Shown: one piece after another, positions 30,478 to 40,983 of the stretch
Layout of the letters: each line of letters starts with the position of its first letter
Position numbering within the stretch: position 1 is the stretch's first letter
NCBI GenBank assembly: GCA_020635455.1
Contig: JACJZT010000003.1
Coordinates: forward strand, 70,261-134,260
From: Flavobacteriales bacterium
GTDB lineage: Bacteria; Bacteroidota; Bacteroidia; NS11-12g; UBA9320
DNA: 64,000 bases
Direction of reading: 5' to 3'
The notes under the pieces: model-generated
Databases searched by the model: none
Told to the model about the DNA's origin: nothing
What the model saw: the letters and a program-made list of their open reading frames with translations, nothing else
Translations under genes and position numbers: made by a program

Positions 30478-31136
30478 ATAAATCCTCCGGTCGGGTGAAT
30501 TCTCTTTTCCTTCCAGCTTTGTTGAGTTACAATATGCATTAAAGCGTCGGAGACTATCTTTAGAATCAAAAAAGCCCAGAAAAGATTGTGAGGGGTAAAT
30601 TTAATTCCTGCAATCATTTTTTCAACTTTCATGTTAAACCCAAGCATGATAAAAAGATGCATTGGAACCACTCTCAAATAAGGTGTAAAAAACAATGCTC
30701 CCATAGATTTGGGATCTTCACGGTCCTTTAAAATATTAGACCATGTTGAAATAATCGTATTTCCTGCCATGATGATCACATTGATCCAGAGGAGTCTGAA
30801 ATCAATTTTGCTTCCATTACCTAGACTGGCCATAACCAGAAAGATGAAGTACACAAAATGAAAAAAGTTGTAATGCAGGGTAAAAAAAACTACACCAAAA
30901 CGCTTTGTTGATCTGGTAGGCTGTACTTCTTCTCCATTGATTTTAAACCCATTGGTTGTGAAATCTCTCATAAACGCAAGCCTGAAAGTATTCCCAAGCC
31001 CGATAAGGATGCTCTGAAAATAAAATATCCAGACCAGTGTGTCCATGCTAAAAACATCGTATTGATACCCGACTGCAAGCATTAAATTAAAGGCCAGAAT
31101 AAACCACAATTCCCTGTCTGAAAATATATTCTTCAT
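30474..31136 (-). CDS. hypothetical polytopic membrane protein
   Basis: Six to seven hydrophobic segments. I recognise no family. Confidence 0.35.
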   Translation of the reverse strand: MKNIFSDRELWFILAFNLMLAVGYQYDVFSMDTLVWIFYFQSILIGLGNTFRLAFMRDFTTNGFKINGEEVQPTRSTKRFGVVFFTLHYNFFHFVYFIFLVMASLGNGSKIDFRLLWINVIIMAGNTIISTWSNILKDREDPKSMGALFFTPYLRVVPMHLFIMLGFNMKVEKMIAGIKFTPHNLFWAFLILKIVSDALMHIVTQQSWKEKRIHPTGGFI

Positions 31137-31140
31137 GTTT

Positions 31141-34100
31141 CTAAAATAAATACCTTGCTATTACCCGGCCAATATGAATTACCTTACTCAATTCCGATTT
31201 CCTTCCATCGTAGGAAACATCCATCTGAATGTTGGTCGAAATTCGTTGTTGATACACTAAATTCCAAGTATAATTTTTACCCGGCAACAAACCCTTCATC
31301 AACTCATAACCAAGAGGACTTGAAGGGTCGCCGTTATAGCGGATCTGTACAAGTCTGAAACCTCCCGTAAAACTTCCCCTGGCAGCTTTACTGATCCTCA
31401 GGTCCAGTCCGCCCTCAAGATTTTGACTTTGTAAAGTGTCGGCGATCGCCTTATAATACTTTCCCACAAAGGCAACCCCAAAGTTGCTCGATCGGGAAGT
31501 AAACTGTAACTGTGGTTCGGCAGAATGGAATGAATAAGAATAATTTCTGGCAAGAAGGAATTGAGAGTAATACGACTTGTCCCCTGATATTACCTGAATT
31601 ACCGTACCCCATTTTCTATTGTAATTTATTCTGCCATTTAAAGTGTATTGCTTGTTTTTTCTGGTTTCAATTCCATTTACAAGCAATAATTTAGTCAAGC
31701 CGTTCAGTCTGCTGATATCCAATGACCATTTTGGATGATTCCGGTTTATGAACAATGTACTTCTGAAATTAGAATTACTCGAGATCAGATTCTGATCTTC
31801 CAAACCGGTTTGAAAAGGACTTAAATAATCTGACGGATCCGTTGAAGTTGTTTTGCGATCTGAACGAAAGACCATCAGGCCGGAGAACCGGGTTAAGGTT
31901 TTGAGCACTCCCTTTTTTCGATTCCAGCTTAGAGGTGCTCTTAAATTTAGAGACTGATTGAATTCGAGGTTTCTGCTTTTTATGAATCCCTGAACCGGCA
32001 GCGATGTTCGCAAAAAGTTGGCCCTTTTTTTATCGTAGTCGCTGGCGATCTCAAATTCGTTTTGTGATTGCACATTATTCGAATCATAATCGTTCCAAAT
32101 ATAAACTCCATTTCCGTCGGAAACTCTGATATACGTATATTCTCTCTGCTGTTCCTGACCGGTCCCGATCTGATAATACCCGTTAAAGATCACAGAATTT
32201 TTAAATAGGGGAAAATTGGTTTCCACTCTACCCAGGGCATTTTCTTCAGAAACACCCTTCACAACCAGGCTATCAAGGTATTCCAATTTTCTGTAAGTCC
32301 CGTTTAAACTGACCCGCGAATTATTTTTACCTGAATACCCGGCCTTCCAACTAAGTTCATCAGCAAGTGTGGAAGCTTTAAAATTTCCCGAATAAGGTAA
32401 GTTGTCCATTCTTCGATTTGCCCTTATACCGTATGTGAATTTCGTGGTATCCCGACTTTCAAAAAACACTTCTGCAGACCTGTAGCTGAATGAATTTGCA
32501 TATAAACTGTCACCTGTTGAAGAAAATTCGCTTTTTTCCTGTCGGTATTTTAGACCAACATTTCCGGGTTTAAAGTTTTGAACAAGTCCTGCACTTAAAT
32601 CACCGTAGTTGTTTTTTAAACTGCTTGTATCAAACATAACTTCGTTGAGCATTTTTTCATAGTTGCCGAACAATCTTAATTTTTTGAATGAATATTCCCC
32701 TGAAACCAGGTTGCTCAATCCGCTAGTTTCTGAAGATCGATAATATAAACCGGCCTGATAGTTGATCTTAAATTTGTCTTTTTGCTCCAGTGCCAGGTTG
32801 TAGCTTCCAATAATTTCAGGCAAATCAAAAGATGCGATCGAAGGTATGTTGTACTGCTTGTTCCAGTTTCTTTCGAATTCAACTGCACGGTATCTCTCCA
32901 GGTATCTAAAATCTCTGTTTACCATCTCCGTTTTAAGAGCATTTCGGACTGTGTACTTGTTTTTTGAACTACGGAGTTCTTTCGTATTCTCTAATCCCAA
33001 TACCAAACCAAATCCATCATCGTTGCTCTTGTCAAGAGCTGAAAAAGTATTAAGGTTGTTATTCGTATACACCCCTTCCATAAACAGTTTGGTGTTTTTA
33101 TATTCGGTTTTGGCACCAATGGTAAGCATTTGGTATCTTTTAGGTGCTACCAGGATCTCCACCGGTTCGTAAGAACCCTGCAAAACCCCGTTTACAGGCC
33201 CGACCCATTCATAAACCCGGCCATTGGCCGTACTGTTTTTCTGACGGTAATTTCCATTGCCGTTACCTACGAAGCTAAAAACCACCTCATAAAATTGAGA
33301 ATATGCCGTTTCATTTTCTGCAAAAATGAATATACTTCCAAAACCTACTGTATCCTTTTTGGTGTAAAGGAGTTTTGTATTGTCGAACTCCGGAAAATAA
33401 CGCACCCGGGGTATGGATGCGTTTTCAATATTGTCTCCTGCATTAGCAAGAATTTGCCTTGCTGAAAGCATTTTAGCCGAATCGTATCCATCCAGTGATT
33501 GCTGAAAGTTTTGATTTTTATTGTCCTGTTCTACAAAGTAATTGATCTCAAAAAGGGTTTTTCTGCGTTGCAGACCAAGACCGGTTTTCAAAACGGTTCT
33601 CTGATAGTTTCGATCGGAATACTGAAATTCTACCACGATCCTCGAAAAACGGTTGATCATTTGTGTTGGCATAAAGGTTATTTCACCGGTATTGTAATTG
33701 ATTACATAATCTTTCGACTCTCCCCTGCTCAATCGTCTTCCGTCGAGATACACAACTTCAGTGCCGGAAATAACGATCAAAAAGATCTCTCCATTATTTC
33801 CACTTAAACGATAGGGCCCCTGGTTACCCTCTATTCCCTGAATCGTGTTTCGGGCAAACCTTCCTCTGGATATTGCAGCATCAACATTAACCCTCGCCAT
33901 GGTTTGGGACATCAATTTTTTATAATCGAGATGAACACCTCTTGATTTTTTGTAATAATTCATAAAATATGCTTCAGGTGCTATCATTTCAAAATCTCCG
34001 ACGATCAGGTTATTGCTGTCCTTGGTAAGACGTATAAATACCTTATCGAAATCCTGCAATTGCTGAGTATTGCCTTCGGGCTGTATAGGATTATTGTCGT

Positions 34101-34653
34101 CTGAGATCACACCGGTAATTTCTACATCGTCTGCCAGTTTTCCCCCAAGCCTGAGATTAAGGTTAGAATTTACAACCAGGTCCTGATTGTTACCACCACT
34201 TAGGCCTCTTGATATATTTCCATCCGTTTTAAGTGAATTGTCAAGGCTGTTAAAAATACCATCCCTTAATGGATCGTATGCAAAAGGATCTTTGCGCAGA
34301 GCAGATTCAATCAGGCTTGCAGGTTTTCTGAAAAAATTCTCCCTAAAAGTAACCGGCAAACTTCGATAGTAGAGTTTAAGCGTGTCTTTGATCTCTGTAA
34401 CAAGCATCAGCTTACCGCTTCTCAGATCAAAAGTATATTCAGGTTTTATGTTTATTTGCTCCTTGTTGTAAAATTCAAAACCGGAAGTATCAACACTATA
34501 AAGGGAATCCAGCTGATAAAACGAAGTTCCGGGTATCAATACCACTTCCTTTTGGTTACCGGTTTGCGAGGCTGCATTTAATGACAGTATCAGACCAAGG
34601 AGGGTAAAAATATGCTTATTTGGCACGGATGATCGTATGATAATCTTTATCAA
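31141..34653 (-). CDS. large hypothetical secreted protein, likely outer-membrane (beta-barrel-like C-terminus)
   Basis: 1170 aa with an N-terminal signal peptide. The composition is aromatic/Asn/Gly/Ser-rich with alternating hydrophobicity, and the C-terminal residue is Phe (ARYLF), typical of OMP beta-barrels. The family is not recognised. Confidence 0.4.
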   Translation of the reverse strand: MIKIIIRSSVPNKHIFTLLGLILSLNAASQTGNQKEVVLIPGTSFYQLDSLYSVDTSGFEFYNKEQINIKPEYTFDLRSGKLMLVTEIKDTLKLYYRSLPVTFRENFFRKPASLIESALRKDPFAYDPLRDGIFNSLDNSLKTDGNISRGLSGGNNQDLVVNSNLNLRLGGKLADDVEITGVISDDNNPIQPEGNTQQLQDFDKVFIRLTKDSNNLIVGDFEMIAPEAYFMNYYKKSRGVHLDYKKLMSQTMARVNVDAAISRGRFARNTIQGIEGNQGPYRLSGNNGEIFLIVISGTEVVYLDGRRLSRGESKDYVINYNTGEITFMPTQMINRFSRIVVEFQYSDRNYQRTVLKTGLGLQRRKTLFEINYFVEQDNKNQNFQQSLDGYDSAKMLSARQILANAGDNIENASIPRVRYFPEFDNTKLLYTKKDTVGFGSIFIFAENETAYSQFYEVVFSFVGNGNGNYRQKNSTANGRVYEWVGPVNGVLQGSYEPVEILVAPKRYQMLTIGAKTEYKNTKLFMEGVYTNNNLNTFSALDKSNDDGFGLVLGLENTKELRSSKNKYTVRNALKTEMVNRDFRYLERYRAVEFERNWNKQYNIPSIASFDLPEIIGSYNLALEQKDKFKINYQAGLYYRSSETSGLSNLVSGEYSFKKLRLFGNYEKMLNEVMFDTSSLKNNYGDLSAGLVQNFKPGNVGLKYRQEKSEFSSTGDSLYANSFSYRSAEVFFESRDTTKFTYGIRANRRMDNLPYSGNFKASTLADELSWKAGYSGKNNSRVSLNGTYRKLEYLDSLVVKGVSEENALGRVETNFPLFKNSVIFNGYYQIGTGQEQQREYTYIRVSDGNGVYIWNDYDSNNVQSQNEFEIASDYDKKRANFLRTSLPVQGFIKSRNLEFNQSLNLRAPLSWNRKKGVLKTLTRFSGLMVFRSDRKTTSTDPSDYLSPFQTGLEDQNLISSNSNFRSTLFINRNHPKWSLDISRLNGLTKLLLVNGIETRKNKQYTLNGRINYNRKWGTVIQVISGDKSYYSQFLLARNYSYSFHSAEPQLQFTSRSSNFGVAFVGKYYKAIADTLQSQNLEGGLDLRISKAARGSFTGGFRLVQIRYNGDPSSPLGYELMKGLLPGKNYTWNLVYQQRISTNIQMDVSYDGRKSELSKVIHIGRVIARYLF

Positions 34654-34876
34654 AGAGGGTATTACAATTATACAAACGATTCTTTCATTCCAAAAATTCT
34701 ACAATTCAATATGGCACTATTCTTATTGCACTTAAATCAGAATTATCTTTTTGTTTTCTTCATTGTACGTAATAAGCATGTTTTTGATCCTTTTTAATAG
34801 GTTGCTAAGTAATAAACTATCTTTTTTGAATTACAAGGCTGGAATAGAAACCTGTAAAGTCACGTTAAAAATATAA

Positions 34877-35341
34877 TTGTTTAAAATCACTAATTTTGGC
34901 ATGTTTTTTGAACCTTTTTATTCAAGGACATTATCAATGTTAAGAACCTCTCCCGCAAATAAACTTATCAGCATTCTGATGCTTTTGGTTTCCATAGGCG
35001 TTTTAGCTTCTGTTGGGGGGGATGTTTTTAGCGAAGTTGAAAATGCCATTGGCATAGGAAATGCGAAATTGATCGAACAACACATGAATACAAGCATAGA
35101 GCTTGAAACACCAACTTCTAAAGGCATTTACAGCAGAAGTCAGGCTGAACTTATTCTGAAAAAATTCTTTCAGAAATATCCGCCGATCTCGTTTACCATT
35201 ACCCAGAAAGGTAATGGAGCAGGTGGTTCAAGGTTCTCGGTAGGCAATTATGTTAGTACTCGTGAAAGGACTTTCCGTGTTACCATTTTTGTCAAAAAAA
35301 ACAATCAGGATTATCTTATTCAGGAAATAAAGTTTGAATAA
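34877..35341 (+). CDS. DUF4783-like small protein
   Basis: A ~150 aa protein with an N-terminal hydrophobic segment, located immediately upstream of nadC. My recollection is that DUF4783 commonly precedes nadC in Bacteroidota. Confidence 0.4.
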   Translation: MFKITNFGMFFEPFYSRTLSMLRTSPANKLISILMLLVSIGVLASVGGDVFSEVENAIGIGNAKLIEQHMNTSIELETPTSKGIYSRSQAELILKKFFQKYPPISFTITQKGNGAGGSRFSVGNYVSTRERTFRVTIFVKKNNQDYLIQEIKFE

Positions 35342-36189
35342 TGGATTTTTACTCAGAAGAAATCAGCACATTCATTAAAAACAGTCTTGCAGAAGATGTT
35401 GGAAACGGCGACCATTCGAGCAATGCTTCCATTCCGGCAGGAACGGTTGGAAATGCACGGCTCATTTGCAAAGAAAACGGAATACTTGCAGGAATTCTTC
35501 TAGCAGAACGGATCTTTCATCACATTGATCCTGAACTTGAAATTGACTTTCTCAAAAAAGACGGGGACCGGGTCAACTATGGTGAAGATGCCCTGAAGGT
35601 AAGAGGAAGTGTGCATTCTATTTTAATGGCAGAACGTTTGATGCTCAACTGTATCCAGCGTTTATCAGGAATTGCAACAACTACCCGAAAAGTAGTGGAT
35701 ACGATAATAGGTTGTAATACAAAAATACTCGACACCAGAAAAACCACGCCGGGAATCAGGATGCTTGAAAAATGGGCTGTAACCGTTGGTGGAGGATACA
35801 ACCATCGTTTCGGATTGTACGATATGATCATGTTAAAAGACAATCATATTGACTATGCCGGAGGTATTACCAAAGCAGTTGATCGCACCCTTGAATATAT
35901 AAAAAAGAATCATCTTGAATTATCCATAGAAGTGGAGACCCGAAACCTGGAGGAAGTTGCAGAAGCCCTAAAACATACTGCAGTTGACAGAATAATGCTC
36001 GACAACTTTGACCCGGAAAATATCAGAAAAGCTTTAAATCTGATTTCAGGTAAAAAAGAAACCGAAGCTTCCGGAGGTATTACACTGGAAAACGTTCGTT
36101 CGTATGCCGAAACCGGTGTTGACTATATTTCGATCGGTGCACTTACCCATTCCGTAAAGAGTCTTGATTTCAGCCTCAAAGAATTTTAA
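35341..36189 (+). CDS. nadC: nicotinate-nucleotide pyrophosphorylase (carboxylating)
   Basis: QPRTase motifs (ILDTRKTTPG, MLKDNHI, GGI). Confidence 0.9.
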   Translation: MDFYSEEISTFIKNSLAEDVGNGDHSSNASIPAGTVGNARLICKENGILAGILLAERIFHHIDPELEIDFLKKDGDRVNYGEDALKVRGSVHSILMAERLMLNCIQRLSGIATTTRKVVDTIIGCNTKILDTRKTTPGIRMLEKWAVTVGGGYNHRFGLYDMIMLKDNHIDYAGGITKAVDRTLEYIKKNHLELSIEVETRNLEEVAEALKHTAVDRIMLDNFDPENIRKALNLISGKKETEASGGITLENVRSYAETGVDYISIGALTHSVKSLDFSLKEF

Positions 36190-36713
36190 TAATTCGTTAA
36201 TTCCTTAATAATTTTGGTATGGTGATGTGTGTGGAAAATGGTAAAAAACAACATTTCCCTTAGTGAAACTTTGCCAAAAAGAGGATGTGGAAGCAGGATG
36301 GAATCAAGTCTGGTCTCTGAATATTTATCCAAATGTTTTAATAACCTTTTCAGGTGTTTTTGAAACGCGATCAATTTTTTCTGCTTATCAGCAAATTTAA
36401 CCTGAGGAGGTATAAAAGGCGAGGTGGCTGTATGACCTCCTGACAACTTTTCATAGAACTTTTTCATCAGGGCTTCATACGATCTTCCTTCACGATTCAT
36501 TTTTCCAAAGATCAATTTAAAAACAAAATCAGGAAGGTGCAGTGCAATTGTAAGAGGTCGTACACTTTTTATCAGATGATCCAGTTGCTGCCCTGAAGAC
36601 CATTTAGATTCAGGTGCTTTTTCAAATTTTTCCTCATCTTGCGATTCTATGATCCCGATAAGGGCTGTAAAACTTTCTTCAAGTCCGACACAGATCTCTT
36701 CTTTTGTGTTCAT
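36186..36713 (-). CDS. DinB/YfiT-like (DinB_2) metal-dependent superfamily protein
   Basis: A four-helix-bundle-sized protein with conserved His residues (HLIKS..., HTHHHT near the C-terminus). Confidence 0.5.
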   Translation of the reverse strand: MNTKEEICVGLEESFTALIGIIESQDEEKFEKAPESKWSSGQQLDHLIKSVRPLTIALHLPDFVFKLIFGKMNREGRSYEALMKKFYEKLSGGHTATSPFIPPQVKFADKQKKLIAFQKHLKRLLKHLDKYSETRLDSILLPHPLFGKVSLREMLFFTIFHTHHHTKIIKELTNY

Positions 36714-36730
36714 GCGATGCGGTATTATGT

Positions 36731-37957
36731 TCAGGCATTCCCGGCCAGCAGAAAATCAATATCTTTCGCTTTTATTCCTATCCTTTTACCTAGTGCGAAA
36801 TTGGTTAAGTGGCCTTTGTAGATATAAACTCCCCTGCGAATGCCTTTTTGTGCCCATAACAACTCCTTAAAACTACCCTCTTCGCCCCACTCGAGCAATA
36901 GATGTGTAAAAACATTGCTTAAGGCATAGCTGGCCGTTCGGGCAAACTTGCTTGGTATATTCGGAACGCAATAATGGATCACCCCGTGTTTTTCGAATGT
37001 AGGGTTTTTATGGTTAGTAACTTCTGAGGTATCAAAACAACCGCCCTGATCGATGCTTACATCCACAATAAGTGATTTGGGACGCATGTTTTCAACCATA
37101 GCTTCCGAAACAACTGTGGGACTTCTTCCCGACTGAATACGAAGTGCCCCTATTGCAACATCCGCTGTTGAAAGTGCTTTAGCCAGAATTTGGGGTATAA
37201 TGGTGCTGCTGTAGATCCTCTGGCCAATGTTCGCCTCCAGTCGCCTAAGTTTGTATAAGGAGGGGTCGAACACTCTTACGTGAGCACCCAGACCCAAGGC
37301 TGCTCTGGCAGCGTATTCACCAACGGCACCTGCTCCAAGTATCACTACTTCAGTAGGTTGCAACCCGGGAATACCACCAAAAAGTTCACCCTTTCCAAAA
37401 TTGGTATTTGCCAGATATTCAGAGGCAATCAAAACAGACGCCCTTCCGGCTATTTCACTCATTGCCCTAATTATTGGCAGTGCCCCGGAGTTGTCACGAA
37501 TGTATTCATAACCAATGGCTATGATCTTTTTGCTCATGAGCAACTGAATGTATTCTTCCCGGATATTGGTAAGCTGAAGGGCAGAAATAAGGATCTGATT
37601 TGGTTTTAACAGGTTTATCTCTGTTTCGGTTGGAGGTGCTACCTTTAGGATGATGTTTGATTTGTAAACGTCTTCAACACTGTAAACGATACGTGCCCCG
37701 GCATCGGAATAATCGAGGTCCGTAAAATTCGCGCCCGAACCTGCATTGGATTCCATGGTAACGGATGAGCCATTCTGAACCAGTACCTGTACTGCCAAAG
37801 GTGACAGGGAAACTCTGTTTTCCTGATAGGTTGTTTCACGAGGGATGCCGATATCCAATCCGTGATTCATTTTCTTTAAAGGTTGCAGCTTTTCCTGAGT
37901 TTGGAGTTCTGCTTCTCTGGCTAATTCTTTGAATGGATTGTATGCAGATTCTGACAT
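36731..37957 (-). CDS. alanine dehydrogenase/PNT family NAD-binding enzyme (alanine dehydrogenase-like)
   Basis: AlaDH/PNT N- and C-domains with a Rossmann GAGAVG motif. I cannot resolve the specific enzyme (Ald versus a transhydrogenase alpha-like protein). Confidence 0.65.
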   Translation of the reverse strand: MSESAYNPFKELAREAELQTQEKLQPLKKMNHGLDIGIPRETTYQENRVSLSPLAVQVLVQNGSSVTMESNAGSGANFTDLDYSDAGARIVYSVEDVYKSNIILKVAPPTETEINLLKPNQILISALQLTNIREEYIQLLMSKKIIAIGYEYIRDNSGALPIIRAMSEIAGRASVLIASEYLANTNFGKGELFGGIPGLQPTEVVILGAGAVGEYAARAALGLGAHVRVFDPSLYKLRRLEANIGQRIYSSTIIPQILAKALSTADVAIGALRIQSGRSPTVVSEAMVENMRPKSLIVDVSIDQGGCFDTSEVTNHKNPTFEKHGVIHYCVPNIPSKFARTASYALSNVFTHLLLEWGEEGSFKELLWAQKGIRRGVYIYKGHLTNFALGKRIGIKAKDIDFLLAGNA

Positions 37958-38075
37958 ATTTCAATGATGTACACAATAATAAGATAAAATTACAGTTTTA
38001 AAAACTGGACAATTATTAATTATTGTTGAATTCTTGCAGTTTCAAAACTGCTGATTTCAAATAAATTACCTTTAT

Positions 38076-39335
38076 TTGCATTCTTACATGAGCCGATCCA
38101 GATACATACTTTTAATTACGGTATTTTTAGTTTATTCCAAATCTTTACTTGCCGTAAAAGATTCGAGTGATTTAGTGGTTGATTTTGAGCGAATAACTCA
38201 AATTGAGCACATGAGTCATCTCCTATATCAAAAACTTCATCCTACCCATTGTACCATTCCGGGTAATGCTGAAGAAGTTAGCTTCGAAAACAACCAGATG
38301 CCGCTTCAGGAAGAGGACCTGATCAATCATTCAAGAGTTCTTGAATCAGAGATCCCGCTGCAATTCAATGAGGAAGTTAAAACACTCATTAATTATTTTG
38401 GAACCAGCTGGCAGAGCAAACTTAAGGAAATGCTTGTTGTTTCAAATTATTATTTCCCTATTTATGAAGAGATCTTTGACCGCTACAACATGCCTCTCGA
38501 GATCAAATACCTTTCCGTTATTGAATCTGCTTTAAATCCATACGCTGTATCGGGTTCAGGAGCAGCAGGTCTTTGGCAGTTCATGCATGCAACCGGTAAA
38601 ATATTCGACCTTAAGGTTAATAATTATGTGGATGAGCGAAGAAACATTGAGAAGTCAACAGAAGCAGCTTGTCAGTATTTACAAAGAATGTACAAAACCT
38701 ATGGAGACTGGTTTCTTGTTATTGCTTCGTATAACTGCGGTCCGGGAAATGTAAATAAAGCTATTGCCAGATCTGGAGGGAAAAAGACCTTTTGGGAGAT
38801 CAAACCCTGGTTGCCCAAGGAAACTCAAAGATATGTACCTGCCTTTATCGCCATGAGTTATGTAATGAACTTTCACGATAAATATGGCATTACCCCTATA
38901 GTATCTGAAGTTACACAACAAAGGTTAGTAAAGGTTGAATGCAACACCAAATATTCTTATAAGGTAATTTGTAGCACTCTTGAATTGGATGAAAACCAGC
39001 TTAAATCCTATAATCCTGAGCTAAAGAAATCACTTATTCCAAACACAAACGATTATTTTCATTTGAAGCTTCCTTATGAGAAGGCAATGTTGTTTTATCA
39101 ACACGAAGACCTTATAGAACAGAACTCACAGAATGAAACCGAATATCGTCAACCTGTGGTTGAAACTTCCGTAAATTTAAAAAGTTCCAAAACCAGAACC
39201 TATAAGGTGAAACGGGGCGATTCCGTTGCCCTGATCGCTCAGAAATATAATGTAAAAACCTGGCAGATCAGGTCGTGGAATGGTCTGAAATCAAATTACA
39301 TTTATCCCGGACAAAAGATCGTTATCAGGAAGTAA
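38076..39335 (+). CDS. lytic murein transglycosylase with a C-terminal LysM domain (MltD-like)
   Basis: An SLT catalytic region (ES...GLWQF, AYNCGPGNV) and a C-terminal LysM (YKVKRGDSVALIAQKYNV...GQKIVI). Confidence 0.8.
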   Translation: MHSYMSRSRYILLITVFLVYSKSLLAVKDSSDLVVDFERITQIEHMSHLLYQKLHPTHCTIPGNAEEVSFENNQMPLQEEDLINHSRVLESEIPLQFNEEVKTLINYFGTSWQSKLKEMLVVSNYYFPIYEEIFDRYNMPLEIKYLSVIESALNPYAVSGSGAAGLWQFMHATGKIFDLKVNNYVDERRNIEKSTEAACQYLQRMYKTYGDWFLVIASYNCGPGNVNKAIARSGGKKTFWEIKPWLPKETQRYVPAFIAMSYVMNFHDKYGITPIVSEVTQQRLVKVECNTKYSYKVICSTLELDENQLKSYNPELKKSLIPNTNDYFHLKLPYEKAMLFYQHEDLIEQNSQNETEYRQPVVETSVNLKSSKTRTYKVKRGDSVALIAQKYNVKTWQIRSWNGLKSNYIYPGQKIVIRK

Positions 39336-39341
39336 ACAATT

Positions 39342-39914
39342 ATGATCAACATAGTTGTTTTTGCATCCGGTAATGGTTCAAATGCATTAAACATCCGTGC
39401 TTATTTCAAAAACCACTCATTAATACACTTTTCAGAAATATATTGTAATAAGGAGAATGCAGGGATTGTTGGTAAATCAAAAGACCTTGGCATTCCCATC
39501 AGGGTTTTCAACAGGCAGGAATGGACGGATGGTCTTGTTTTGGATGAACTGAAGAACAAAAAGATCGAATACATAATTCTTGCAGGTTTTTTGTGGAAAG
39601 TTCCTACTGAAATTATTGATGCTTATCAAAACAGGATCCTGAATATACACCCATCTCTTCTGCCAAAATACGGAGGCAAGGGAATGTACGGTGAGCACGT
39701 TCATGAAGCCGTTTTGAAAAACAATGAAAACGAATCCGGTATTACCATCCACCTGGTTAACGATGAGTATGATAAAGGCAAGGTCCTATTCAGGGAAATT
39801 ATTAAGATCGAACCTGAAGAAACCGGCGCATCACTGGCAGAAAAAATTCATAAACTTGAGCATGAACATTTTCCGCAGGTAATAGAAAACTATATACTTT
39901 CGAACGAGGATTAG
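39342..39914 (+). CDS. purN: phosphoribosylglycinamide formyltransferase
   Basis: N-terminal IVVFASGNGSN and the formyltransferase motif NIHPSLLP. Confidence 0.85.
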   Translation: MINIVVFASGNGSNALNIRAYFKNHSLIHFSEIYCNKENAGIVGKSKDLGIPIRVFNRQEWTDGLVLDELKNKKIEYIILAGFLWKVPTEIIDAYQNRILNIHPSLLPKYGGKGMYGEHVHEAVLKNNENESGITIHLVNDEYDKGKVLFREIIKIEPEETGASLAEKIHKLEHEHFPQVIENYILSNED

Positions 39915-39942
39915 AGGGTTTGCTGAGCCGATAAAAACCGAA

Positions 39943-40896
39943 TCAACGAAGTTTTAATTCACCCTCTCCCATTACAAATTCATCACAGTAAAGAATAGAT
40001 TTATAAGTACCTGCAACCATTCCGGGAATTTTATCGAAATAGATGATGGCAGACGAACCCTTTGCATTGTCGAAATTCACTTTCGCCTTTGATGTGTATT
40101 TCATGGATTCGCCGGCTACCTCAAACACTCCGGAACCCGCAGTTTCATTAGAAACGGTTGATCCATCCGGCCCAACCAATCTTAAATAAATGATTTTAAT
40201 TCCGGCATCGGCAATTTCATTTTTATCAATGTTGAATTGTACTTTTATTTTATCGATCCTGCTGAGTTTTGACTTTTCTCTTTCCTTTGTCCCACGCATC
40301 ATTATACCATCAACTTTAATGTTTGTTGCGGTAAGACGTGAGGCTTTCCGAACCTTGTCAGAAAGTGTTTTATTGGTGCTGCTGAGGTTGGCGTTTTCGG
40401 TTTTTTGTTCCTCAAATTCTTCCTTTATGGTAATATTTTCCTCAGACAATTCTGCAAAGGCCTCTTTCAGCTGGTCGTTTTCTCTGGAAAGTGAATCAAT
40501 GACATAGGTTTCTCTTGCAATCTTAACCTTTAGCATTGCGATCTCTTTTTTAGCATCTTCAAGTTGTTTCCTGGTTAAGTTTTTGTCTGAAAGCATCTGT
40601 CTGATCTGAGCGATCTTGCTTGCGATCTCATCATTTTTATCGTCAATGATGCTGTCGAGCTCTTCATTTCTGCCTTTATATTCCAGAAGAAGGTTTTCGG
40701 TTTCTTTCATCATCTTATCCAATTCGTTTTTCTCAACCTGAGCATCCTCAAGTTTTGTTTCAGTGGTGACCAGGATCTTATCCTTACTGATGAGATTGTA
40801 CAATAAGGCAAAATTGATTATGAACAATACCCCAATAATGATCAATAAATAAACCTTCGTTTTTTTGTCTTTGGCAATTTGCTCTTCAGGATTCAT
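39943..40896 (-). CDS. hypothetical membrane-anchored coiled-coil protein
   Basis: An N-terminal TM helix, a long heptad-rich E/K segment, and a C-terminal beta-rich domain. Confidence 0.4.
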   Translation of the reverse strand: MNPEEQIAKDKKTKVYLLIIIGVLFIINFALLYNLISKDKILVTTETKLEDAQVEKNELDKMMKETENLLLEYKGRNEELDSIIDDKNDEIASKIAQIRQMLSDKNLTRKQLEDAKKEIAMLKVKIARETYVIDSLSRENDQLKEAFAELSEENITIKEEFEEQKTENANLSSTNKTLSDKVRKASRLTATNIKVDGIMMRGTKEREKSKLSRIDKIKVQFNIDKNEIADAGIKIIYLRLVGPDGSTVSNETAGSGVFEVAGESMKYTSKAKVNFDNAKGSSAIIYFDKIPGMVAGTYKSILYCDEFVMGEGELKLR

Positions 40897-40983
40897 AATG
40901 ATTTTTTTTACAAAGTTAATTTTATTTATTTCCGAATACTCACTTATATAACAGAAATGTATGTTGCTTATTGTGTTTGTAGA

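Noticed and set aside
32782-33807. Plus-strand ORFs of 61-111 aa within 31141-34653
   Set aside because: They are antisense to the long, uninterrupted 1170-aa minus-strand ORF, whose length alone argues it is the real gene.
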